This document shows positions 45,501 to 56,355 of a DNA stretch of 64,000 nt, in pieces (position 1 is the first letter of the stretch; each line of letters begins with the position of its first letter). The notes under the pieces were generated by a model, which worked only from the letters and a program-made list of their open reading frames with translations, was not told the DNA's origin and did not search any database. The translations under genes were made by a program, and so were the position numbers. Source of the DNA: Sminthopsis crassicaudata (Eukaryota); the NCBI RefSeq assembly GCF_048593235.1, contig NC_133621.1, positions 219,687,238-219,751,237 on the forward strand, written 5' to 3'.

Positions 45501-48500
45501 GGTGCCAGAGTATTTATACCTATAGATTGTGTATAGCTTTATTTATGAATATGGAAAAAAAGAGATTTCTTATTGGAACAGTAATGATTACCCTTGAGGC
45601 CAACATTATGATGTCTTTTTACTGCATGAATTTAATTGGGTAGAGGTGAGTTGGAGCAGAGAGGAAGGAAGCTTCCTCTCTGGGGTTCCCTTTCTACCAT
45701 CAAGTACTGAAGTGATTTGTACATCAAGATTGGAATGTAGAGGAAGTCATTAGCCTGTGTGTGTGTGGGTGTGTGGGTGGAAGTGAGGAGGGGGCACTGT
45801 TCTTTTAATGGCGTTGGACTTCAAGTAAGACATTAAACTTCTGAGCTCTATATGCCTACACTGGAGGAAGTAAAGTGAAGTGAAGCATGTGTGTTTAGGT
45901 GAAAGATCTCCAAATTTATAAGAGAATGATACCATGTAAGAATGGTTTAAAGCAGCTCCCTTTATCTTAACTTTGGTCTAGGATTCTCCCCAGATGCCCT
46001 ACAGTTTCTAGTTTGATTAACTGGGCACAGTTAAATAGGGCAGAGCTAGGTTATAGTCAGCAGGGGGCACCTCTTGCCTAACTCAGAGTATAGGGTGTTC
46101 TGACAAAAGGGTGGAGGGGGGGAAACGAGTTCCTGTTCCAGAATTGCTTCCTCTGAAAATGTCATTAAACCATTACTACCTTTCAGGGCATCAAATGGGA
46201 AAACTGTCCAGGAGACTGGAACAAAAGCCGCCCATGCCTCTAAATAAGGGACCTTAATGAGGCTGGTTATGACCCACGGTTTTATGGGAGTTGTTTGGTG
46301 GAGCGTTAATGCCCTTCCATTTATCCTGGGTACTTCCGAACTTTGTCTCCCGCCCCTCTGGTCCCCCGCTTTTGTTTTCTCTCTTAAACCTTTTGACCAG
46401 AGACTCAGCCATGTTTTCCTAAGACAAACTGACCTCCGCCTCCTTCCTTCTAACTCCCTTTGGCATTTTCATTTGTCCCACTTCCAGGGTTCCAGCTGGA
46501 GTTGTAAGCCTCTGAGAAGTGGAGCATACATATGAGTTGTGATGTCAAAAACAATAACTGGTATTGAGAGAATAGTTATTAGATTAAAAAGGAATGGAAA
46601 GGTTCTTAGAACAAGGGTAATGATCTTTGGTGTATTGCTATGCATGTTTCTTTTCAAATTCCTAAAAAAAGGATCTTTTCTGATTTTAAATTATTATATC
46701 TTATAGTCTGCCATATCATTTTGTCTCTTCAGTGGGTGGCAGCCCCCCAAATCCTTATTAGAAGTGTCAAATGTCAATTATGGTGTCTAGTTATAAACTA
46801 TAAGGATTTTAAAATTTGTTCTTTTCTTTCCCCTCCAGGGCAGCAGAAAAGAAGGTAGTGAAAATCACATCTGAAATACCACAGACTGAGGTAAACATTT
46901 TTCCCTGTTGCTCCTTGTTTCTCTTTTTGGGAAGCAGTCTTTGTGTCTGTTGCTCTTTGATTTTATTTTTCCTATTTGTGTTTTCTTTCACCCTTTATTT
47001 TTAGGTTGAGAAATGGCATAGTTTTTTTTATATCTTCCTATATCCTCTCAATTTCTCTTGTACATTTATTGTTTAATATAATAGCTTATGGGAAAATATT
47101 TGAATTTTTCTGTAGGACAGCTAGTCTTCTGTTTTCTAACATTATGGTTTCAATGGCAACCACATAAGATTTAAGCATCCATTATGTGATCTGTGTGTGT
47201 GTGCACTCAGCGAGTTCCTATTATCATGTGTACTTGCTAGCATGTGTGTGCTTTTGTGTGCATGCACAAGGTGTACAAAGTAATTGGGGTTAAGCGACTT
47301 TTCCATGATCATACAGCTATTAAGTGTCATGTATCTGAGGCCAGATTTGAACTCAGCTTCTCCTGCCTCCAGGGCTGGTGCTCTATTAACTGTGTCCCAT
47401 TATATGATCTTTTAGGCAGATGTAGCCCATCTTACTTTAGGATGTGATTTGCCTGAGATTTTCTGAAAAAATATTGGTCTAATAAATTTAGCATATATGA
47501 ACTAGTAGGTCAATAGAACCTTACTTACTACTCTGATACTGCTGTTGTATAACTGATGGTTTGCCTAGTGTCTTAGTTGCAAGTTTGAATTGGTAATTGT
47601 ATTTGTAAAAAAAACTTGTATACACATTTTTGATCTTTTGGCTGACTAATAAAAACCCAGGGTACTAGAGGCCAAGAGTTAGGGGATTGAATTTATGAGA
47701 AGTGGTTGGTAACAAATTAGTCAGTTGACTCCAAAGGGATTTCTTTAAAAATAAGTTTTTACATGATTTATATTTTCTATTCTATTCCTCCTCCTCCCAG
47801 AAAGCCAAGCCTTAGAACAGGTTTGTTTCTAAGTAAGTAAAAAATTCAGCAAAACTTTTATATTGAAAAAATCTGTCATTTTATACAATATTCTACATCC
47901 ATGATTTTTCCACATTTGGAAAGAAGCAGAGAGAAGTGCTTTTTCTTAATTCTTTAGAGATAAACTTGCTTTTCATTTACATTGTTGTATTTAGGTATGT
48001 TGTTTTCCTGGTTTTTTCCCCAATTCATTTTATATCACTTCATGTAAATCTTCCCATATTTCTCTGTAGTTATCATTTCTTACAGCACAATAATATTCCA
48101 TTACTTTCATGGAGTACAGTTTACTTAACTATTACTTCAAACAATGAGCATCTTTTTGTTTGCAATTAAGAGATTCTTTAAAAGTTCATTACTAGTAGCT
48201 GTGAAGTCTTACTGCATTATTCATCTCAAGTTTTGAGGCCAGTTATCACAAGGAACTTTTTGCTTTGTACTCATAGAATAGTGAGTTAATAAACCCTTTT
48301 GGGATAATACAGAGCATACTGTTCATTCTTAAAGTTAAAGGTACCCAGCTTGACAGGAAATTTTCCATTCTTGGTTTTGGACCCAAGTCATATTTTTGTT
48401 CCCTCCAAAGAGTTACCCAGAGGTAGCTTTTATCTTTGGTTTTATTCTTTTTTCTCCACCGAATCAAATCAGTCAAGAAGCATTTATTAAGTTATAGGTA

Positions 48501-51500
48501 GTGAACAAAAACGAAACCTTTCTTCCTGTTAAAGAGTTTACCTTCTGTTGGAGAGAAATTAAATTCAGCATGCTTTTCTCCCCTGCCTCCACCTCCTCAT
48601 TTTTGTTTTCAGGGTTGTGGTGAATTCATTGTGATTTCCATGTTTTTATTTCTGGAATCCAATCTTTGCTCTTGAATACAGCCTGAGTAATTTTCTTGGG
48701 GTTGGCATTGTTATTAATCTTGTTATAAGGAGTTCTCAATGTTCTAAAGAGCTAATAATCTGGACTTTCAGAGGATGCAGAAACGAGCTGAGCGATTCAA
48801 TGTACCTGTGAGTTTGGAGAGCAAGAAAGCCGCCCGTGCAGCTCGGTGAGTGTTTTTTAGTTATGAAAATTTAAAGAGCATTTATAAGGATGGCTATAGG
48901 AATGGCCATATCTTTGGGGTATGACTATATCCCAGAAAATGTAGAGCATTTTCTAAGCAATTTCTTTGGATTCAAACCTGTCATCAACAGGTATGACCTC
49001 ATTGCTCAATAGGTAATATTTAATGCTAGTTCTAATTCTTATAAAGGATTTCTGTTAGCTTAACTTTTGTGGGCAACTTTTTTTTTTTTTTCTTCAACAT
49101 GAGAGGGAAAAAGCTAAATCTTTTTCATGGGGTTGTTAGAATTAGCTAATGATTGCAAAACTAGAGATCACAAGCAAAAAGGGCCATATGTAAGCTTGAC
49201 AAGAAACAAGAGAGAGTCTGGAGTGTGAACAGCTTCCTAATTTAGCTTTGTTTCTCTTTCTATAGATTTGGCATTTCTTCAGTTTCAGCAAAAGGTAAGA
49301 AAACAGAGAGAACACTGTCAAAATTTTCTCTTGTTTTTCTCAATAGTTTTTTTGGTTTTTGATTTGTTTGGAGTCTCAGGTTGGGTTTCCCCAAATTAGA
49401 AGAATAGCTTTTGGATAGAAGACCTTGAGAAATCATCTCATCTATCTTATCTTAGAATTATGATTAAGCCATCCTTGGTAAATTAAGGAAAAATGACCCT
49501 GGGTTTAGAAGGTAGAAATATTCCAACATTTGCCTCCCCTTTCTGAGAATCTTTAGGGATTTGCTAATTAATTCTAGTGTCTCAATTTTAAAAGCAATTC
49601 ATTTTATGTATTGACACTAGCAATGGGCCTAATTTGGTGAAGTATACAAAAGGAAGAGTCTTTTCATGTAGAAGAAAATGAGGAATAAAAACAAAAGTTC
49701 CTACATGCAGAACTTTTTGTCCCATAATCAGAAGTTGTTCCCAGTGATTTGGGAGGTATTGTAAACTGTTCTACAAAGAGTAGCCAAAATGATATTGGGA
49801 GGGGAACCCTACAAGATAATGAGAGTAGTCTGGAGAGTATTTAGAAACCCCCCCAAAAAAAATTATATAAAAACCATGGAATGTCTATTCTAGGAATAAT
49901 GGATGCAGTTTTGTTTATTTGTCTCAGAGATGGAACTAAAAAATATCAGAGAAAGGAAATTAAAACGAGAGTAATGAAATTCTGCTTGGATGGACTAAAA
50001 ATTAATATACTTAATTTTCTTTTTTTTTTTTTTAATTAATTTTATAATTATAAAAATTTTTTTTGACAGTACATATGCATGAGTAATTTTTTTTTTTAAT
50101 AACATTATCCCTTGTATTCATTTTTCCAAATTTTCCCCTCCCTCCCTCTACTCCCTCTCCTAGATGACAGGCAATCCCATACATATTACATGTGTTACAG
50201 AATATACTTACTTTTCAAAGAAAAAAACTAATATAGGAGATGAGAAAATTAAAGTAAACACAGACTTATTAAGACGTGGGGTTCTAGAATGAGAGACAAT
50301 TTCTTGAAACAAATGGATTAAAACATTTTTAAAGATATTTTTTTCACATGTGTGATAAACTTTTTTTTTTTTTTTTTTTTTTTTTTAACCCATTTCATAG
50401 CTCTCAGTGAGTGAGTTCTTCTGCCCAATGCATATTGGTACTTTTTCTGTAGTTCATGGTCTTAAAATTACCTGAGAGATTGAGAAGCTTCTTAAATACA
50501 ATGCCAATTCTCATTTACTATTTCTGTATATGATACATGTCCCTTTTACTAAACTCTAAGGGAAATTTATGTTAACTCGAGTCCCCAATATATAGCAAAA
50601 ACTTTAAAAGCAAAAAGTGTTAAAATTGATTTAGATAAATTCATGGGTGGTAGCTATATAATTAGGTATTAAGGAAGTTAGCCTTTGAGGTCAATATCAA
50701 GAATTGATAAATATACTATTCTTTTCAGCATTTTAAGAGAGAGTAATTCTAGTCAAATTGACAATGAGTCTGCTTCATTAAAATGATACTGACTTTTTTT
50801 TGGTTTAAGTTGATTCCATTTGTTGTACTCTGATCAGTAGTTCCTCTTGTCTTAGTGGGAATAAAGAGTAACTGTCTCTTTATGTTACATGTTGGCTGTT
50901 TCTTCTTGAGGACTATATAGAACTCTTTTCAAATAGTAAATTGGATTTCTGTTTTTGCTTCCTCAGGTTTATCATCAGACACAAAACCTATGGTAAGAAA
51001 CTTTTTCCCCCCCAGTAGAATCAGATTTTTTTCCCTTTTAGAAAATTAGATTTTAAAAGTTAGGAGCAATTGATAGACTATAGCAACATTAAGTCTTATA
51101 TTCTGGGAGTTTACTCAGTTTCTTAAAAAAGGAACAGAACTCGTATTTTAACTCCACACATTTTTTTTTTTTTTTATATCTAGGGACTTTTAAACTTTCC
51201 CTTCATATTCTTTTCGAACCCAGAAAACTCTGATGTCAGAAGTGGGTAGTCAATTGGAGAAACTGTCTCTCTCTGTACTGCTTGTCTCCATTTTACCAGG
51301 AATTCTGAGTTACATTTTCCATTTTATTCATTTTCTTCTGCATGCAAAGATTAATTAGCTGCAGAACCAGTGAAGAACACACTTATCTCTTAACTCTGAT
51401 GCTATAGCTTTAGACCTTGTTGATATCTAACTTAATTCCTACCTCCAAAAATCTCTTTATTAACTCTGCTTATGGTTGCAGCTTTGCATTATGAAGAATA

Positions 51501-52363
51501 ATTAAAAACAACAAAATTAGGGTTGGAAAGTAATGAAAATTGGAATAAGATGTCCTGAAGCTCAGTGTGGCCATTCAATGCTTTTGGGCAAACATGAGCA
51601 ATGGGAAGCAATTATGGAGGGAAAATGCTCCCTCACATATGACCTTAAGAACTCTTCCTTTTTGAGATGCTGTTGAATGATGTGATTGGAATGGGTTGAG
51701 TCCTTAATTAACCAGAGACTTTTATAATGCTGGGTTCTTACTATCAGATCTTCAAGGAAAAAAGGGGAGATAAAATAAATATCAATAATTTGTGGATTTA
51801 CCTTTTAAAAAAAAGAAAGAGAGCAGCATTTACTACTTTGGCCAAGAGGAGATGGAAACTGAATTTTCTGTATCTACATGCAGATATTGTATGTTGAGTC
51901 AAACATTTTGAGTTAGAAATGATGAATATTGTAAGTGTGTGTAGAGGGAGTGGAAAGGTGGAGTGGGGTGGGGTGGGGAGATACATTTTTTAAGTTGCCA
52001 TTTTCAGTATATCTTTGGGAAAGCCTGATCTTAAGTCCCATTTGACTATTTTGCAAAAGATAAACCCAAAACTTCAAAATGTTTTCAGACACATTTCAGT
52101 GATCAATGGAATAAATTGGTGCTATGGTTTCCTTGATAAAATTCATCACAGCATTCTTGAGACGTAGAAATATTGATGGACTTATAACATCTTCAGTGTT
52201 TTGTGTAGTTTTTTGCATGGCATTCTGCTTTCTTTTAGTATTTTATTCTTTGAATTTTGAAAAATCTACTTATCTGTTTCCCTTGTTTTTGTAGGTAAAC
52301 ATGGATAAATTAAAGGAAAGGGCTCAAAGATTTGGTTTGAATGTTTCCTCAGTCTCCAAGAAG
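35741..52363 (+). CDS. SARNP: SAP domain-containing ribonucleoprotein (CIP29/Tho1 homolog), exons 1-9; 3' part not found in window
   Basis: Exons 35741-35776, 43858-43957, 44258-44304, 44588-44655, 46839-46890, 48772-48845, 49266-49294, 50967-50992, 52295-52363 splice in frame: MAAETVELHKLK/LAELKQECLARGLETKGIKQDLINRLQAYLEEH/AEEEANEEDVLGDETE/EEEPKPVEIPVKEEEPPEKTADV/AAEKKVVKITSEIPQTE/RMQKRAERFNVPVSLESKKAARAAR/FGISSVSAKG/LSSDTKPM/VNMDKLKERAQRFGLNVSSVSKK. Confidence 0.96.
42477..42531. repeat. (TG)n microsatellite in SARNP intron 1
   Basis: Direct observation. Confidence 0.95.
42595..43300 (-). mobile_element. Older L1 3'UTR fragment, host of the nested insertion
   Basis: Similar to the L1 3' end copies at about 2665-3400 and 14920-15110 (ttcccctagat..., aaaatcagatcaaaaaggaaaaaaaatgag, gatccacattagtccccacagt). 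Boundaries approximate. Confidence 0.7.
42721..43071 (-). mobile_element. LINE-1 ORF2 internal fragment nested in an older L1 3'UTR, with 16-bp TSD
   Basis: Minus-strand translation ...ELINKTKSWFYEKANKIDKPLVNLIRKRKEENQI...SYFAQLYANKFDNLSEMDDFL. Direct repeat gatagcaagtaatcta at 42705-42720 and 43072-43087. Confidence 0.9.
43858..43957 (+). CDS. SARNP: SARNP exon 2 (SAP domain)
   Basis: LAELKQECLARGLETKGIKQDLINRLQAYLEEH. Confidence 0.96.
44258..44304 (+). CDS. SARNP: SARNP exon 3
   Basis: AEEEANEEDVLGDETE. Confidence 0.95.
44588..44655 (+). CDS. SARNP: SARNP exon 4
   Basis: EEEPKPVEIPVKEEEPPEKTADV. Confidence 0.95.
46839..46890 (+). CDS. SARNP: SARNP exon 5
   Basis: AAEKKVVKITSEIPQTE. Confidence 0.95.
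48772..48845 (+). CDS. SARNP: SARNP exon 6
   Basis: RMQKRAERFNVPVSLESKKAARAAR. Confidence 0.96.
49266..49294 (+). CDS. SARNP: SARNP exon 7
   Basis: FGISSVSAKG; tatag acceptor, GTAAGA donor. Confidence 0.92.
50020..50200 (-). mobile_element. Short 5'-truncated L1 3' end with poly(A) and TSD
   Basis: T-tract, then the same 3' terminal sequence as 9030-9190; TSD aatatactta(a/c)ttttc at 50004-50019 and 50201-50216. Confidence 0.85.
50967..50992 (+). CDS. SARNP: SARNP exon 8
   Basis: LSSDTKPM; cctcag acceptor, GTAAGA donor. Confidence 0.92.
52295..52363 (+). CDS. SARNP: SARNP exon 9
   Basis: VNMDKLKERAQRFGLNVSSVSKK; donor GTAAGG. Confidence 0.95.
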
Positions 52364-53742
52364 GTAAGGTGTTTTGGCCCTAAGAATAATTTCTGTACTT
52401 TTAGAGCAGCTTTATGAATAAGAATTGATGCCTTTCTAACAAAATAATTAACTACTCTCTACTTTTGAATTCCTCCTCTCACTGTCTTTTGGTTACATTG
52501 TCAAAAGAGTTATCAAGTTTTAGTTTTCTTAACTCCCATCTTTGTTTTGTTGATTGTCAGAACTTGCTATTTCTGCCAGGTATAGCTGGCCTTTCCCCAT
52601 TAGGTTGCTGTTTTTCTTTTAAATTTTTAAATAGAGTTAAGTAATTGTATTGTTCTATTTTCCATGAAAATTACATTGAAGAGAGAGACAGCCTTACTTT
52701 TAGGTAGAAGGTACCCAAAAATTTGGAGTTCCTTGTAATAAAAACAAGATGATTATTATGTATTCTTCCATTTTTTTTTTATATTTCTAGTGACACTTAA
52801 TTTACTAAATAAGAAACTTTAGAGTAATTTGTTGAAAAATAACTTTCTTGCTTGATTTTGATTATTGGAATAATTTGTAAGGTGATGAGTTTCTCAGTTC
52901 ATAACTGGTACTGCTGAACACTTGGATACGAAATGTAAGGAGATCTATAGCAGATGGTCTTTTAATCTCTGATTAGTTTTCCTCTAGGAGGAAGAGAGGA
53001 CTAAATACTTCCTGGGCTTGATGATATTTGGGGATGATATTGCACATGGTGCAATATTTCAGACAAGTCAAACACTATCTTTGGCTCCACTGTCTGTCTA
53101 AGTGTCAGATGTGTTGATTAGGAAGGATTGCAACTAGTAGTGTGTATGATTTTGCTTGATGAAGAATGTCTGCACTGGTAAAAAGATTGAATACCTAACC
53201 TGTACTTATGTGGCTTATGTCCATATTCCCTAAAACTAAACCTGTGGTGCCTAATATAGATGGACTACCATTAGTATCTGCAGCACATTACTAGACAAAG
53301 GTGCTCATTAAACCTTTATTTTTTAATTGAAGAATAGGGAAGGGTATAAAGTATTAGATTTTTCTTGAGTGGTATAAAAGGTCATAGACATGTAAAATGA
53401 ATGAAGTTTATTTGGGACTGGGAAAATTATTAACCAAGAGAGCAAAGTGTTTCTAAGGCCATTAAGATTTTACTGGACAGACAAGGTTAAAGGGATTAAT
53501 GGATATGAGACCTGGACACTCTTCTATTTCCTTTTTATCATCAAACATCAGGTTGGTGGGGAATTTGGAGAAGCAGAGGCTCATCATTGTTAGATAGTTC
53601 CTCAATAAATACTTAAATAACTTAATTCTGGTGGGAATATTAGTTTTTGTAGTTCTTTCACAAAGTCCAAAGCTCACATATTTGAGTTTTTTCTCATTAT
53701 AATTCATTGTTAGAGAATGAAGCTTTTAAAAGTGATCACAAA

Positions 53743-53895
53743 GGGCAGTTAGGTGGTGCAGTGGATTAGAGCACCAGCCCTGAATTCAGGAGGACCTGAA
53801 TTCAAATCTGGCCTCAGAAATTTAACACTTCCTAGCTATGTGACCCTGGGCAAGTCACTTAACCCAATTGCCCCAGCCAAAATAAATAAAATAGA
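53743..53895 (+). mobile_element. Marsupial tRNA-derived SINE
   Basis: gggcagttaggtggtgcagtggattagagcacc...gggcaagtcacttaacccaattgcccc, followed by an A-rich tail. Confidence 0.85.
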
Positions 53896-54715
53896 AATAA
53901 AACTGACCACAAAGCTGCCAAAAGTTCCTGCCCTACATCTAACTATCCAGGTTCTTTAATAAGGAATTGATACACTTAATACAGTGCCTGACACACAGCA
54001 GACACTTGATAAATTCATAGTAAGTTGGAACTTGGTATTGCTATTATACATTATCAGGCCACATATTTCCTTCCATTTATGTGGTATGTAAGGAGGTTAA
54101 AGTTAGTGGTTTGGTGAAGTTTGTGTGTTATCTAACTTGTTGATGAATTCGAGTAGAGACTTATTCCATACCTCTACCCACTGCATGGTTTTTTATATAG
54201 TTTTTTCATAGTCTTTGAGTTTACTTGATACCATTTGAGGCCTTAGTTCCCTGGCCAAAACACAGTTCTCAGTGGGTTATGTTGGACCATTAGTTGGACT
54301 GAGGGGAGCTAGCATTTGTGAGCAAATTTTAATTGTTGAAATGTGGCTTCAGTGTCTTTGGAGTAGATAATGAATAAACAGCAAATTTGAACTAGCCTAA
54401 TTATTGTTTTATTGTGGACCATCTCTTCCATGGTGGACCTACCTATTTTGCCTTCAATTCCTTGAGTATACTATATATGTCATATATTTCATAGGCATGG
54501 AGAAATCTGACATTTCTTCTCTCCTTCCTTATAGTCTTTTCTCTCTCCTCATTTCTTCCCCTCTTTTACCCCCAAAGAAAGACCCATTAGTCCATGTTTC
54601 TAGCCCAAGTCTTTATGAATGCAATCCTTGTTGGTTTAGGATAATAGAAAGTAACAGGACAAAGAATGACATTGGCTTTTATAGGGTTGTTGTTGTTGTT
54701 GTTGTTGTTGTTTTT

Positions 54716-54843
54716 TTCCTGAGGCATTTGGGGTTAAGTGACTTGCCCAGGGTCACACAGCCAGGAAGTGTTAAGTGTTTGACGTTAGATTTGAACTTAG
54801 GCCCTTCTGACTTCAAGGCTGGTGCTCTATGCAGTGTGCCACT
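54716..54843 (-). mobile_element. Marsupial tRNA-derived SINE
   Basis: Reverse complement of the same family; adjacent (GTT)n tail on the plus strand. Confidence 0.8.
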
Positions 54844-56195
54844 TTTATAGGCATTTTTTACATGGGGGGGGGGGTTGGAATATATACAACTCCTTGGGTT
54901 ATTTATGAATGGAATTAACTGCTTTTCTTAAATCACAGGGTAATTAAAGGGCCAAGAATTGGAGATAAAGATTCTGGAATTGGCCTTTCTAATATGATTC
55001 TCCCCACTGGGCTTCTCCACCTGTCTCTGCCTTTCCCTCTCCTCTACAAATTCTGAGAAGCAGTGAAATGCTATCTCTGATATAATAGCTATGTGACCAT
55101 TAACAAATCATTGACTCAAGAAATCTTCTGGCATTTCAAGGGAACAGGTGTGTGTTTTTTCATGCTCAAGAAATGACCCTTCACAGCACTGATCCCACCA
55201 TTTTAATACCTAGTGTAGCATATTGGAGACTGTCATTTCTGAGAGCAGTGAGAGGTGGGTAAAGGGAATAAGAATGTGGGATGTGGCTTAGGAGACATGT
55301 GATGGTCATAGTGTGAAAACTGAATCTGGGCTTTGAGTTACAGAGTTACTGAGGCAGCTAAATTGAACTGATTGTGTTTATTCTTTCAAACTCAGGCACA
55401 CCTTGAAAGGTGAAACTTGATACTTGAGCTGCTTATAAGAATTCCAGCTCAGGCCATTGAAAAACCAAGTTCAGGCAGCTTGGGGGAAAGGGTCTGTTTG
55501 TTATTAATCTCCCTGGGGGTTCCTATCATCATTATCCTCATGTCTTAACTGGGAAATCTGAGGAATGTAATCAGGTACACCAAGCACAGGAGTATCTCAT
55601 CCCTATCAGGAGAAGCAGGAGATTTTCCTTGGTTCCTTAATAATCTTGACACCAAGTATTTCACACTTTGAACCTCACCAAGTGAGTTTTTGGATAGGCT
55701 CCTCTGAAGCCAAAAGTTATTTTTCCTAAATTCAGAATTCTACTATCCTCTTGTGTCTGAATATAGATAAATGAGAAACTGTCTATAGACTTTTTCCCTA
55801 TTTATTCCCCCCCCCCAAAAAAAAAAAAATAGTAGTTTCACATTTATCAAGTACTGGACAGTTTCAAAGTGCATTTACATGGGTACTTTATCTCATGTGA
55901 GCCTCTCAAAATCCTGTGATGGGATTGACACTTTATCCCTTATAAGATCAAATATAAAATCTTTCTTTGGTGTTCAAAGTCCTTTATAGGCTAGCCTTTT
56001 CCTTTATATTCTTTTGTATTACAAAAAGTAACACTGGTCTTTCTTTTCCTCCAATAAGACACTCTAGTCTACCAACTTCAGGAGGCATTTACACTGGTTC
56101 TTCCTCCATAACTGGAATTCTCTTCCCCTTCATCTCTACCTCCTGGCTTTAAGTCCCAGCTAAAATGCTATCTTCTACCAAAGGCCTGCTTGAAT

Positions 56196-56355
56196 TTTTT
56201 TTTTTTTTTTGCTTCAGAGGCAATTGGGATTAAGTGACTTACTTGCCCAGGGTCACACAACTAGGAAGTGTTAAGTATCTGAGGCTAAATTTGAACTTAG
56301 GTCCTCCTGATTTCAGGCCTGCTGCTCTATCCACTATGCCACTAGCTGCCCCTTG
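56196..56355 (-). mobile_element. Marsupial tRNA-derived SINE
   Basis: T-tract, then reverse complement of the same family ending ctagctgcccc. Confidence 0.8.

Noticed and set aside
47147-47160. RFX X-box-like GTTTCAATGGCAAC in a SARNP intron
   Set aside because: A single motif with one mismatch in AT-rich intron, with no supporting context.
52890-52968. Short complementarities of the C/D candidate to the 5' region of 18S rRNA (CAGUUAUG and AGAUUAA)
   Set aside because: Only 7-8 bp, and one is not adjacent to its box; below the roughly 10-bp guide length and compatible with chance.
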